Position numbers and translations under genes: made by a program
NCBI GenBank assembly: GCA_963707025.1
Contig: CAVPOM010000007.1
Coordinates: forward strand, 192,001-256,000
Source: an uncultured Verrucomicrobiae bacterium
Lineage (GTDB): Bacteria; Verrucomicrobiota; Verrucomicrobiia; Limisphaerales; Palsa-1400
Reading direction: 5' to 3'
Length of the DNA: 64,000 nucleotides
In this document: piece after piece, positions 50,647-60,588 of the stretch
How the letters are laid out: every line of letters begins with the position of its first letter
How positions within the stretch are numbered: position 1 is the first letter of the stretch
The notes under the pieces: generated by a model
Told to the model about the DNA's origin: nothing
What the model saw: only the letters and a program-made list of their open reading frames with translations
Databases searched by the model: none

Positions 50647-51835
50647 TCAATTCGCGTGATCTGCGGGCGATTTCCAATTTGTAACTTCCTGATTCACAAC
50701 CACTTTCAAAGAACCGCCTGTCGGCGAACTGGCCAGGGCGATGGCGGCCGCGGTTTGTTCGAGGGGAAAATGGTGTGTCACCAGCTTGCGAAGATCCAGT
50801 TTTCGGCTGAAGATCAGCCGGGCAACCTCTTCCTGGAGGGTGAAATCGGCGGAATAACTGCCGATGAGGTCCTTTTCGTCAACGCAGATGGTGGAGAGGT
50901 CCAGTTGGGGAAGATCGGACGGATCGGTCGGATCGGTCGGATCTGACGGATCGGACGGATGGGATGGGGATATGCCAATGCGGCTCCGGCCGCCGCGATG
51001 AGTGTGGGCGAAGAGAAGCACTTTGCCGGAACCGCGCACGAGTTCAAGTGCTTGTGACACAGCAGCTTGCGATGGCACCGCGACCACCGCCGCGTCCAGG
51101 CAAGGCGCGGCCTTGGCCAGCTTTTGCGGCAGGCCGGAATCGTCGCCCCGGAACGCCGCCGTGGCGCCCCATTGCCGGGCCAGTTTCAAACGCGAGTCCA
51201 TCAAATCGGTGGCGATGACGTTCATCCCCCGCAACCGCAAGAGCCGGGTGAACATCAGGCCAATCGGCCCCTGACCGATGACCAGCACGCTGTCTGCCCG
51301 CCGCAAGGCCAGGCGGTTGACCGCCTTCAACACCGTATTGACCGGCTCCAGCATCGCCCCTTCCACAAAACTGTTGCGCGCGGGAATTTTCACCACGCCG
51401 GGCAGCACAAACCGCATCACCCGCACATATTCAGCGTAGCCGCCGCCCGCCGGCTCGAAACCGGCGGTGATGCCGGTGCGCTTGTATTGCGGGCATTGGG
51501 CGAAGGCGCGGTGCCGGCAGAAATGGCACTCGAGGCAGGGGACGTGATGGTGCAGGGCCACGCGGTCGCCGACGCGGAATGGGGCGGACCGGACGCCGCG
51601 GCGCGGCGTCCCTGCCTTGACGATGACGCCGGCGGTTTCGTGTCCGAAGATGCGCGGCGGGGGCACGGTGCCGTGCTGGATTTTTTTGATGTCGGTGGGG
51701 CAGACGCCGCAGACGGCGACCTTGACGAGCAGTTCGCCGGATTCGATGCGCCGGCACGGGAACGGTTTCGAGCCGCAGGTCATTGACGCCGCGATAAACA
51801 ACGGCGCGCATGGTGTTGGGGATGGAGTTTTGCAA
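50647..51835 (-). CDS. Zn-dependent alcohol/polyol dehydrogenase (+1 frameshift near 51752)
   Basis: MRAVVYRG, CGVCPTD, GHE.AG, C..C.FC, GQGPIG. Confidence 0.88.
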
Positions 51836-51855
51836 AGATGGATGGGGGCTGGAAG

Positions 51856-52575
51856 TCAGGGATTGCCCCCGAGGTTTGCCAGATGCCGCCGGAGTTGCCG
51901 GAGGGCGAGGGCGCGGTGGCTCAGGGTGTTTTTCACCGCTTCGCCAAGCTCGGCAAAGGATTGGGTGCAGCCGTCGGGCACAAACAAGGGATCATAGCCA
52001 AAACCGCCCCCGCCCGCCGGTTGCAGGCTGATGCGGCCGGCGCAAACGCCCTCAAAAAGAACGGTCCCCGCCGCGGACGGCACGAAGAGTCTCCGCAGCG
52101 CCAAAACGCAGCGAAAGCGGGCCGTCCGCCGCGCCGCCGGCACGCCCGCCAGCAGGCGGAGAAGCTTGTTGTTGTTGGCGCTGTCAGGGGTGTTGTCCGC
52201 GCCGCCGCTGCCAGGCGCGGCGAAGCGGGCGGAGTGGACGCCCGGCGCGCCGCCCAGGGCATCCACTTCCAGGCCGGAGTCGTCGGCCAGAACGTAAAAG
52301 GCGGTGATGGAAACTGCTGTCCCCGCTTCGCGGGGCGAGGAGATGAGATTAAGATTGGGATTAAGCAGTGTCAAGACGGGCCAATTGGCGGCGAGCCAAT
52401 TGCCCAGAGTGGCCACTTTTCTGGAGGCGTTGGCCGCGAAAGTCGCGCCGTCTTCGACCGCTTCGGGCGCGGCGGGGAAATCCAGGAGTGTGAAGAATTG
52501 ATAATCCCCGGCCAGGATCTGCTGGATTTCGCGTGTCTTGTGCGCATTGCGCGTGGCGATCAAAAATGCGGTCAT
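51856..52575 (-). CDS. rdgB: non-canonical purine NTP pyrophosphatase
   Basis: ATRNAHK, ADDSGLEVDALGGAPGVHSAR, GFGYDPLF, KN.LSHR. Confidence 0.93.
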   Translation of the reverse strand: MTAFLIATRNAHKTREIQQILAGDYQFFTLLDFPAAPEAVEDGATFAANASRKVATLGNWLAANWPVLTLLNPNLNLISSPREAGTAVSITAFYVLADDSGLEVDALGGAPGVHSARFAAPGSGGADNTPDSANNNKLLRLLAGVPAARRTARFRCVLALRRLFVPSAAGTVLFEGVCAGRISLQPAGGGGFGYDPLFVPDGCTQSFAELGEAVKNTLSHRALALRQLRRHLANLGGNP

Positions 52576-55500
52576 CGGCGGAGAGGTCCAACGGCCCCCT
52601 GGTTCCCGGTTCGAAAGCAACAGTGGAAAGCCGCCGGCGAGGGCGCCGACTGGGACATCCCGATTCGGAATCGGGACGTGTGCTTCCCGGAAGAATTTGG
52701 GCGCCGGCTGCACGGCAGGATCTGGAACCAGCCGGTTTCGCTGTTGGTGTCCAGGAAGTAACCGGAACCGCCCAGGGCCGGACTGATGAAGGCCCCGTAA
52801 AAATTATGCGTGACCTTGATGGATGGATAAGAGAAATGCCCGGTCAAAACGCCCGACTTCGGGATGAACGTCAGTGTCAATTGATTGGTCTGGCCGGGAT
52901 CAACGTGGAACACCAGGCCGTTGGTGACGCTGAACGTGTTGGTCAACCCATTGGTCAACGAAGCGCCCCCGAAGGCGATCTGATAGTGCGTGTTCGTGAC
53001 AGGAGGGACGTAGCTGGAGGAAGAGGCATTGGTGAGGAACACAAACGCATTGGTGTAGTAGATGCCGGGCTTGGCCGGGTTGGCCGGCTTGCTCCACAGG
53101 ACCGCGCCCTCAAAATTGGTGGGCGAAGTGTTGGTTTCCCAGCCGAGAATGATGCCCTTGCCGCCGTAAAGGGAGGCATAGAACGGCCAGATGCCGTTGG
53201 TGTTGAGATAATTGGTGGAGACCTCGGTGCTTTGTGAAAAGGACGTGTTGTCGGCCAGGTACCCGATCAGGGTGACCGCGCCATTGGCGCCGAGGGTGAA
53301 CGAGGCGTAACCGTCCCCGCCCGGCTGGTTATTGGTGGCGCTGTGATCGCCGGGGATGGAGAACACATTGGTTCCGGGAACGACCGCGCTGCCGCCCGTC
53401 AGTCTGGGCGCGGCGCGGAAGGCCTGCAGGGAGGAGGAGAACTCGGCGTTGGTGACTTCTCCGAAGAGGGAATCCGGGGGATAGAATCCGTTGGTCAGAT
53501 TTAAATTGACAAAATTGGTCACAAACTTGCCGCCCAGCCCCTTCCAAAAGAAGGCCGCGCTGGCAACTCCCCCCGGATTGTAGAGGGAGAACTGCCCGGT
53601 GGCAGTATTGGTCAGGCCGGGCGAGCACAACTTCAGGCTGATCGCCCCGTTGCTCGTCACCGCCAGAGTGTAGTAGCCCGAATTGGTGGGGGAGATGACG
53701 CTGTTCGGATCCGAGGGAAGGAACAGGCCGTTGTAAGTGCCGGCCACGTTGAAGAAATAATTGGAGTCGAAATTGGCCGTCAGCGCCATGTTGGTTGTCA
53801 CGGTGATTACCAGCGGGTTGTTGCCAATCAAGGCGCCGGTCAAATTGTTGCTCCAAAAGGCAAAGACATAGCCCCCGTTGGTTTTGGCGGCGACGGTGTA
53901 GGGTCCGCCGACCGACATGAATTCGCCGGTCCAATTGGCTTTGTTGGAAGAGATGAGGCCATACCCGGGGGGGTTGATTTGCAAGAGCACCTGCGCCAAA
54001 ACCTGGAAACTCTCCGAAATCAAGGCGCTGCGCCCCGTCGCATCGGAAACCGTCGCCACCACCGTGTAATAACCGGGAGCCAGGTCGGTCAGACCCGCCG
54101 ACCAAATTGTCCTGGCCGGAGGTGTCGGGGGGCTGATGGTGACGTTGGTCGGGCTGGGAGCCGTGACGGAATTGGACCCGTAGAACAACTGATAGCTGAC
54201 CACGGGATTGGTCAGGGCCGGGTTGAGCGTGCCGGCCAGGTAAAAGGTTTGGTTGGTCAGCCGGGCGCCCGCGGTGGGATAGGTGAAGGCAATCGGGCTG
54301 GGAATCGTGCCGGGAAAATCGTTGGAGACGAAGGTGGCGGTGAGGACCAGGCCGGGGGTCATGATGAAGCTGACCACGCGATTGTTAGTATATTTGACGC
54401 CGTCGCTCCAGGTGTCAAAGAGCGAGCCTTTCGCAGCCGCCGCCGTCATGGAATAATGCTGTCCCTCCACCAGAAAATGCCCGTTGTAATTGGGCGAAAT
54501 CGTGCCCCGCCCATTGCCATTGGTCAGCACGGTCATGGGCAGCCCGGCGGTGAAATCGTTGGTGATGACCGCGCCCTGGCCCAAGGCGTCCTGGGCGGTG
54601 ACGACCGCATAATAGCCTCCCAGCGCCAGGTTGGTGACAGGGAAGGACCAATTGTTGGTGGCTTTGATCTGGCGGACCGGACCTACCTGTTGCTGGTTGG
54701 TGGCGGAAAACAGCCGGCAGGTGACGGTGACCGGCGGGGTGAGTAGTCCGCTGGCAATGCCGCCCGCAATCGGGAAAGTGCCATTGGTCGTGTTCCCCCC
54801 CACCGGCGGATTGGTGAAAGCGATGCCGCCGGGAACGCTGTTGGAGAGGAAGTTTGCTGTCAAAACCATATTAGAGGCAAATTTGACGGTCAGGTTCGGA
54901 TTGAAGGAAACGTTGGTTCCGTAGGTCCAATTGACAAAAAACTGGCCCGGACCGGGCTGGGCGCCGAAGGCGTAATTGGTGCCGATCCGCAGATTGGCGC
55001 CCACGGCGTCGCTGGCGTAGGTGTGGTTGGCCACGTTGGTCACGGACACCGTGCCAACCCCGTTGGTCAGGACGGCGCTGATGATCATTTCTGGTTCGAT
55101 CGGGCTGCCCACGTTCCCGGCGCCATCCTGGTAGGTCACGAGGAGGTAGTAAATCCCCGGCTCGAGCACGCCTTCGGGGTAGGACCAATTGGTGGTGCCG
55201 ATGGCCAGTCCCGAGCTGCCGCCAAGCGCGCCATTCTGGGGAAGCAACGTCAGTTGAACCTGCGCCAATCCGACATCATCCTGCGCCGTGCCCCGCACCG
55301 TCAACGAAATGCCATTGGTCAATACGACATTGGCCGGCGGAAAAGTAATCGCCGCCGTGGGCGGGGTGGTGTCAATGACCGGCTGCGCATTGGCCTGCGG
55401 AAAACTGAAATCCACGAAGAACAGATTGCTGTCGGCCGGATAATTGGTGCCGTGGTAATTAACGGGCAGCTCGTTCAAGACCGAGTAACCCAGGAACCCA

Positions 55501-56444
55501 TAATCGAAAATACCGTTGGTAAAGATGTCGTGGGTTGGCAGCTTGGTGAACGCCGGCTCGAAGAAGGCGTTGGTATTATTGAAGTAGGCCAGGACATTGG
55601 AACCGTCCAGGACGCGCCCAAAGACGGTGAACGGGCCGCCGCTTTGCACAGTATCCAGATTGGTATTGTCCACCAGATTGAAGAAAAAGGCGTCGGACGC
55701 GCCATTGACGTCGCCGGGCGGCAGGGCCATGGCGATGGTTCCCTGCCGGTTGCTCACTTTCGGCCCCGCATAAAATTCACTGGCAAGGTACTGCGGAAAC
55801 GACGGCACGAAGGTCAATCCATCGCCGTAAACATCGTCAATCGTATCCGTCACCAGTTTGTTGGTGGGATCGGTCCGGTCTTGCGCGACCCAACTGCCGC
55901 CTTGCAGCACAAAACCCGGAATCAGCCGGTCAAAATACATATTCGAATAAAGGCCCGTCGAATACGTTCTCGTGTACGCGCCCGGCACAAACACATTCGA
56001 GTGCGTGAATTCGTCGGAAATAATATAGTGGATGAAATTCTGCACCGTGGCCGGTTTGTCGTGATCGAACAGCTCGACCAGTATGTTGCTAGGGCCAGTC
56101 GTAAAGCCGGAGATTTGGAATTGAACTATCGTTCCCTGGAGGACGGTCAGGTTGGCTGAATTGGTTGCCTCCGGCCCGGCGGAATCACCGACCACGACCG
56201 AATAAAGGCCCGCCTGATTGGTGCTGACGTCGCTGAAATTAAGTTCTGCGTTGGTCGCCCCAGGGATATCGTTCCCTTCAAATACCCATTGATAACTTGT
56301 TGCATTGGTGGCGGTTACGATGAAATCGGCGGTTGACCCGGCGTTAATCGTCAGGTCCTGAGGCCCGGAAGTGATGCCCGCTTGACGGGCCTGTGCCGCC
56401 AGGATGCCTCCGATCAAGCTGGCCGCAACGAGCAAGATTTTCAT
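52572..56444 (-). CDS. secreted cyclophilin-type PPIase with Ig-like and InlB-B-like repeats
   Basis: Signal peptide, Ig domain, VELFDHDKPATVQNF, GFVLQGG, GTIAMA, FFFNL, FTVFGRV; N-x-S/T-rich repeats. Confidence 0.82.
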   Translation of the reverse strand: MKILLVAASLIGGILAAQARQAGITSGPQDLTINAGSTADFIVTATNATSYQWVFEGNDIPGATNAELNFSDVSTNQAGLYSVVVGDSAGPEATNSANLTVLQGTIVQFQISGFTTGPSNILVELFDHDKPATVQNFIHYIISDEFTHSNVFVPGAYTRTYSTGLYSNMYFDRLIPGFVLQGGSWVAQDRTDPTNKLVTDTIDDVYGDGLTFVPSFPQYLASEFYAGPKVSNRQGTIAMALPPGDVNGASDAFFFNLVDNTNLDTVQSGGPFTVFGRVLDGSNVLAYFNNTNAFFEPAFTKLPTHDIFTNGIFDYGFLGYSVLNELPVNYHGTNYPADSNLFFVDFSFPQANAQPVIDTTPPTAAITFPPANVVLTNGISLTVRGTAQDDVGLAQVQLTLLPQNGALGGSSGLAIGTTNWSYPEGVLEPGIYYLLVTYQDGAGNVGSPIEPEMIISAVLTNGVGTVSVTNVANHTYASDAVGANLRIGTNYAFGAQPGPGQFFVNWTYGTNVSFNPNLTVKFASNMVLTANFLSNSVPGGIAFTNPPVGGNTTNGTFPIAGGIASGLLTPPVTVTCRLFSATNQQQVGPVRQIKATNNWSFPVTNLALGGYYAVVTAQDALGQGAVITNDFTAGLPMTVLTNGNGRGTISPNYNGHFLVEGQHYSMTAAAAKGSLFDTWSDGVKYTNNRVVSFIMTPGLVLTATFVSNDFPGTIPSPIAFTYPTAGARLTNQTFYLAGTLNPALTNPVVSYQLFYGSNSVTAPSPTNVTISPPTPPARTIWSAGLTDLAPGYYTVVATVSDATGRSALISESFQVLAQVLLQINPPGYGLISSNKANWTGEFMSVGGPYTVAAKTNGGYVFAFWSNNLTGALIGNNPLVITVTTNMALTANFDSNYFFNVAGTYNGLFLPSDPNSVISPTNSGYYTLAVTSNGAISLKLCSPGLTNTATGQFSLYNPGGVASAAFFWKGLGGKFVTNFVNLNLTNGFYPPDSLFGEVTNAEFSSSLQAFRAAPRLTGGSAVVPGTNVFSIPGDHSATNNQPGGDGYASFTLGANGAVTLIGYLADNTSFSQSTEVSTNYLNTNGIWPFYASLYGGKGIILGWETNTSPTNFEGAVLWSKPANPAKPGIYYTNAFVFLTNASSSSYVPPVTNTHYQIAFGGASLTNGLTNTFSVTNGLVFHVDPGQTNQLTLTFIPKSGVLTGHFSYPSIKVTHNFYGAFISPALGGSGYFLDTNSETGWFQILPCSRRPNSSGKHTSRFRIGMSQSAPSPAAFHCCFRTGNQGAVGPLRR

Positions 56445-56584
56445 GCAGCCTTATCATGGCTGAAGCCATCAAAAATTCAAGCTCAAAATGCCGATTTTGC
56501 CATTTTTTCACTTTGCGCTAATCTCTGCCTGCCATGATTGATTTGCAACTGGGACGCCGAATGGCCATGCTGTCCTAAACTTTT

Positions 56585-57244
56585 ATGAATCGTTTTGCTT
56601 TTTACCCGGACAAGCCGGGCCGGTGGCGCGCGCTCCTCGCCGCCCTCGCGCTCCCCGGCTTGCTGGCCCCTGATATGAATGCACAAACCCAAGCCACCAA
56701 TGCGCCCGCCAAAACCGAAACCGCTACCATTGGCGGCGGCTGTTTTTGGTGCGCCGAAGCAGTCTTCCAACGCATCCCCGGCGTCCAATCCGTCACTTCC
56801 GGATTCGCCGGCGGCGCCACGCCCAACCCCAGCTATGAACAGGTCTGCACCGGCACGACCGGCCACGCCGAAGTGATCCAGCTCAAATTTGATCCCGCCG
56901 TCCTGTCTTACGACAAAGTGCTGGAAATATTCTGGGAAGCCCACGACCCCACCACGCTCAACCGGCAGGGCGCCGATCTTGGCACGCAATACCGCTCCAT
57001 CATCCTTTACAGCGACGAAGCGCAGAAAAAGGCGGCCGAAGCGTCCAAGGCCAAAGCCGCCGAACATTTCAAAGACCCGATTGTCACCGAGATCGTTCCG
57101 CTCAAGGCGTTTTATCCCGCCGAGGATTATCATCAGAATTTTTACAACTTGAACAAAAACAAGCAGAGCTACTGCCAGTTCGTCATCACCCCCAAGCTCA
57201 AGAAATTGATTTCGGAGGGTGTGATTCCGCAGGGAAAAGAATAG
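56585..57244 (+). CDS. msrA: peptide methionine sulfoxide reductase A (exported)
   Basis: [32 protein letters not shown]. Confidence 0.95.
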   Translation: MNRFAFYPDKPGRWRALLAALALPGLLAPDMNAQTQATNAPAKTETATIGGGCFWCAEAVFQRIPGVQSVTSGFAGGATPNPSYEQVCTGTTGHAEVIQLKFDPAVLSYDKVLEIFWEAHDPTTLNRQGADLGTQYRSIILYSDEAQKKAAEASKAKAAEHFKDPIVTEIVPLKAFYPAEDYHQNFYNLNKNKQSYCQFVITPKLKKLISEGVIPQGKE

Positions 57245-57251
57245 GGCCCCG

Positions 57252-60212
57252 ATGCGCCGGCAGTATCCCTTTCATTTGATCGAAGCCAAATGGCAGCGTT
57301 TTTGGGACGCGCAAGCCACTTTCCGCGCCTGGAATCCGCTGGAGCCGATTCCGCCGGAGCATCCCTTCGCCAAAAGGCACGGCCTGCGCGGGCCCGTTGC
57401 CGCCGGCGGCCTGCCGCCCAAGTATTATATCCTGGACATGTTTCCCTACCCTTCCGGCGCCGGCCTGCACGTCGGCCATCCGGAAGGCTATACCGCCACC
57501 GACATCCTGGCCCGCTATCGCCGCGCCTTGGGCTGCAACGTCCTCCACCCCATGGGCTGGGACGCCTTTGGCCTGCCCGCCGAGCAATACGCCATCCGCA
57601 CCGGCCAGCATCCGCGCCAGACCACCGAAGCCAACATCGCCGTCTTCAAGCGGCAGATAAAATCCCTCGGTTTCAGCTACGATTGGAGCCGCGAAATTGA
57701 CACCACCGACCCAAATTATTTCAAATGGACGCAGTGGATTTTTCTCCAGCTTTACAATGCCTGGTTCAACCCGGCCAGCAACAAGGCCGAGCCTATCGGG
57801 ACGCTGCCCGATCCGCCCGGCAACCCGTCTCCCGAAGCGCGCCGCCTTCATCGCGACAATCACCGCCTGGCTTATGTCGCCGAAGCCCCGGTCTGGTGGT
57901 GCGAAGAACTCGGCACCGTCCTGGCCAACGAGGAAGTGGTGGATGGCAAGAGCGACATCGGCGGCTTTCCCGTCGCGCGCCGGCCGATGCGCCAATGGAT
58001 GCTGCGCATCACCGCCTACGCCCAGCGCCTGCTGGAGGGCCTGGAGCAAATCCAGTGGAGCGAGTCCCTCAAGGAAATGCAGCGCAACTGGATCGGGCGC
58101 AGCGAGGGGGCGGAGGTGGATTTTGAATTGGTAGGGTCGTCGCGTTCCGACGACCGGACGGCGCAGCGCGCCGTCCCCACCGAAAAGATTCGTGTTTTCA
58201 CGACGCGACCCGACACGTTGTTCGGCGCGACTTACATGGTGCTCTCGCCGGAACACAAAATCGTTGCGCAAATCACCACGCCGGAACAAAAGAAGGCGGT
58301 CCAGGATTACCAGGCTCACGCCGCCGGCAAATCCGATCTGGAACGCACCGAATTAAGCACGGAAAAGACCGGGGTCTTCACCGGCGCTTATGCCGTCAAT
58401 CCTGTCAATCATGAAAAAATCCCGATTTGGATTGCCGACTACGTTCTGGCCACATACGGCACCGGCGCCATCATGGCGGTGCCCGCCCATGACGAGCGGG
58501 ATTTGGAATTCGCGCGCAAATTTGATTTGCCCGTGCGCGTGGTCGTGCAGGCGCCGGCAGGCCGCGAATCCACCGGCTTCGTGGGCGACGGCGTCAGCGT
58601 CCATTCCGGATTCCTCACCAATCTGCCCACCGGCGCGGCCAAGAAAGCCATCATCGCCTGGCTGGAGGAAAAAAAACTGGGCCGCGGCACAGTCAACTAT
58701 AAACTGCGCGACTGGCTCTTCAGCCGCCAGCGTTATTGGGGCGAACCCTTTCCCATTGTCTGGAAAGCGGGCGGGCACGAAGCCCTGGCGGAATCGGCCC
58801 TGCCGGTGCTGCCGCCCGAATTGACCGATTTCAAACCCACGGCCGGCGGCCAACCGCCCCTGGCCCGCGCCGCCGCCTGGGTCCATCTGCCCGACGGCTC
58901 GACCCGCGAAACCAACACCATGCCGCAATGGGCCGGCAGTTGCTGGTATTACCTGCGCTTCACCGATCCGGCCAACGCCCGCGCCATCTGCGGCCGGGAA
59001 GCGGAGAATTACTGGATGGGCGCTGCTCCTAATCTTAATCTTAATCCTAATCTTAATCCCACTGACCCAAACCAGCCGCTGACCGCTATATTTCCGCACA
59101 ACATTGCGTCTCCCCCTGCTGTTCCCTCTCCGCTCCCATCCGATGGGAGGGGAGAGGGTCAGGGTGAGGTGAGGGTTCCTCCAAGTCTTATTCTTGATCC
59201 CAATCCTGCATCGGACGTCCATGACCGCCGCAAAACCACGCCCGGCATAGACCTCTACATCGGCGGGGTCGAGCACGCCGTCCTCCATCTCCTTTACGCG
59301 CGTTTCTGGCACAAGGTGCTTTTTGATTTGGGCCATGTTTCCGCGCCGGAGCCGTTTTACAAACTGGTCAACCAGGGCTTGATCCTGGGCGAAGACGGCC
59401 AAAAAATGTCCAAGTCCCGCGGCAACGTCGTCAACCCCGACGATATTCTCCGCCAATACGGCGCCGACGCCTTCCGCCTCTACGAAATGTTCCTGGGGCC
59501 GCTGGAAATGGTCAAGCCGTGGAACACGCGCGGCGTGGAAGGCGTCTATCGTTTTCTCGGGCGCGTCTGGCGACTGTTCGTGGACGAAAACAGCGAAACG
59601 GAATTCGAGCAAAGCCAAACCGCGCAGCCCGGGGACAACCCGGCCGCGCTGGAAACCATTCAACTCAGCGCCGCCATCCGGGACACCGCCCCCACCGCCG
59701 CCCAGCTCAAGACCCTGCACAGTTGCATCAAGAAAGTCACCGAAGACCTGGAGGGCTTGCGTTTCAACACCGCCATTTCCGCCTTGATGGTTTTCGTCAA
59801 CGACGCCATCACTTGGGATACCAAGCCCGCTTCCGTCCTGCGCGAGTTCCTGATTTTGCTCCATCCCTTCGTCCCGCACCTGGCCGAGGAACTCTTCGCC
59901 AAATTGACGGCCCAGCCGTTTGGAGACGGTGGTAGGGCGGGTCCCGAATTATCGGGACCCGCCGCGGCCCCAAGCATCTCCTACCAGCCCTGGCCAAAAT
60001 TCGATCCCGCGCTGCTGGTGGAAAAAACCATTGAGATGCCCGTGCAGATCAACGGCAAGCTGCGCGACCGCATCCTCATTTCCGCGGATGCCTCCAATGC
60101 CGAAGTGCAATCCGCCGCCCTGGCCTGCGAAAGGATCCAACTGTTCCTCGGAGGCAAGCCCGTCAAAAAAGTCATCATCATTCCCAAGCGATTGGTCAAC
60201 ATCGTCGTCTAG
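57252..60212 (+). CDS. leuS: leucyl-tRNA synthetase with several in-frame insertions
   Basis: [36 protein letters not shown]. Confidence 0.97.
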   Translation: MRRQYPFHLIEAKWQRFWDAQATFRAWNPLEPIPPEHPFAKRHGLRGPVAAGGLPPKYYILDMFPYPSGAGLHVGHPEGYTATDILARYRRALGCNVLHPMGWDAFGLPAEQYAIRTGQHPRQTTEANIAVFKRQIKSLGFSYDWSREIDTTDPNYFKWTQWIFLQLYNAWFNPASNKAEPIGTLPDPPGNPSPEARRLHRDNHRLAYVAEAPVWWCEELGTVLANEEVVDGKSDIGGFPVARRPMRQWMLRITAYAQRLLEGLEQIQWSESLKEMQRNWIGRSEGAEVDFELVGSSRSDDRTAQRAVPTEKIRVFTTRPDTLFGATYMVLSPEHKIVAQITTPEQKKAVQDYQAHAAGKSDLERTELSTEKTGVFTGAYAVNPVNHEKIPIWIADYVLATYGTGAIMAVPAHDERDLEFARKFDLPVRVVVQAPAGRESTGFVGDGVSVHSGFLTNLPTGAAKKAIIAWLEEKKLGRGTVNYKLRDWLFSRQRYWGEPFPIVWKAGGHEALAESALPVLPPELTDFKPTAGGQPPLARAAAWVHLPDGSTRETNTMPQWAGSCWYYLRFTDPANARAICGREAENYWMGAAPNLNLNPNLNPTDPNQPLTAIFPHNIASPPAVPSPLPSDGRGEGQGEVRVPPSLILDPNPASDVHDRRKTTPGIDLYIGGVEHAVLHLLYARFWHKVLFDLGHVSAPEPFYKLVNQGLILGEDGQKMSKSRGNVVNPDDILRQYGADAFRLYEMFLGPLEMVKPWNTRGVEGVYRFLGRVWRLFVDENSETEFEQSQTAQPGDNPAALETIQLSAAIRDTAPTAAQLKTLHSCIKKVTEDLEGLRFNTAISALMVFVNDAITWDTKPASVLREFLILLHPFVPHLAEELFAKLTAQPFGDGGRAGPELSGPAAAPSISYQPWPKFDPALLVEKTIEMPVQINGKLRDRILISADASNAEVQSAALACERIQLFLGGKPVKKVIIIPKRLVNIVV

Positions 60213-60588
60213 CGGTTTAAGGAATTGTGCAGCCCTAAATGAGGGTGGCAGGGCGCGCACTCGTGCCCGCCGTGCCCCTTCATGTCAAGCGGGATTCTTT
60301 TCGATCCCGGAAAGCTTTTCGAGGCAGTGTCCTGCTTTGTTGCAGGGTCGGGCCTGCGGCTCGAAATCGGCGCGCAGCGCCGACACTGCAACAATCAAAT
60401 CAGGACACTGCCCTTTTCGAGTGCTTCTTGATTTTATCGTGCCGCCCGCCTATATGTGGCATGCGCTCGATCATCATGAAAGATTCATCCGCCCCCGCCC
60501 TCGCCCCGGCCGTGATCGGGGCCGCTCCGTCCCCCCGCGCCGCCGTCGCCGGCCTGCTCCTTGCCTCGAACTCGCTTCACGCCCAATT

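Noticed and set aside
50581..50670. Imperfect inverted repeat (GGATTAACACAGAT..GTGATCTGCGG) at the ADH 3' end
   Set aside because: Possibly another repeat family, but single and too degenerate to support from this window.
52572..52712. Real C-terminal extension of the PPIase up to rdgB
   Set aside because: Removing one C restores TGA right after GWFQILP; the extension just reads through an intergenic palindrome.
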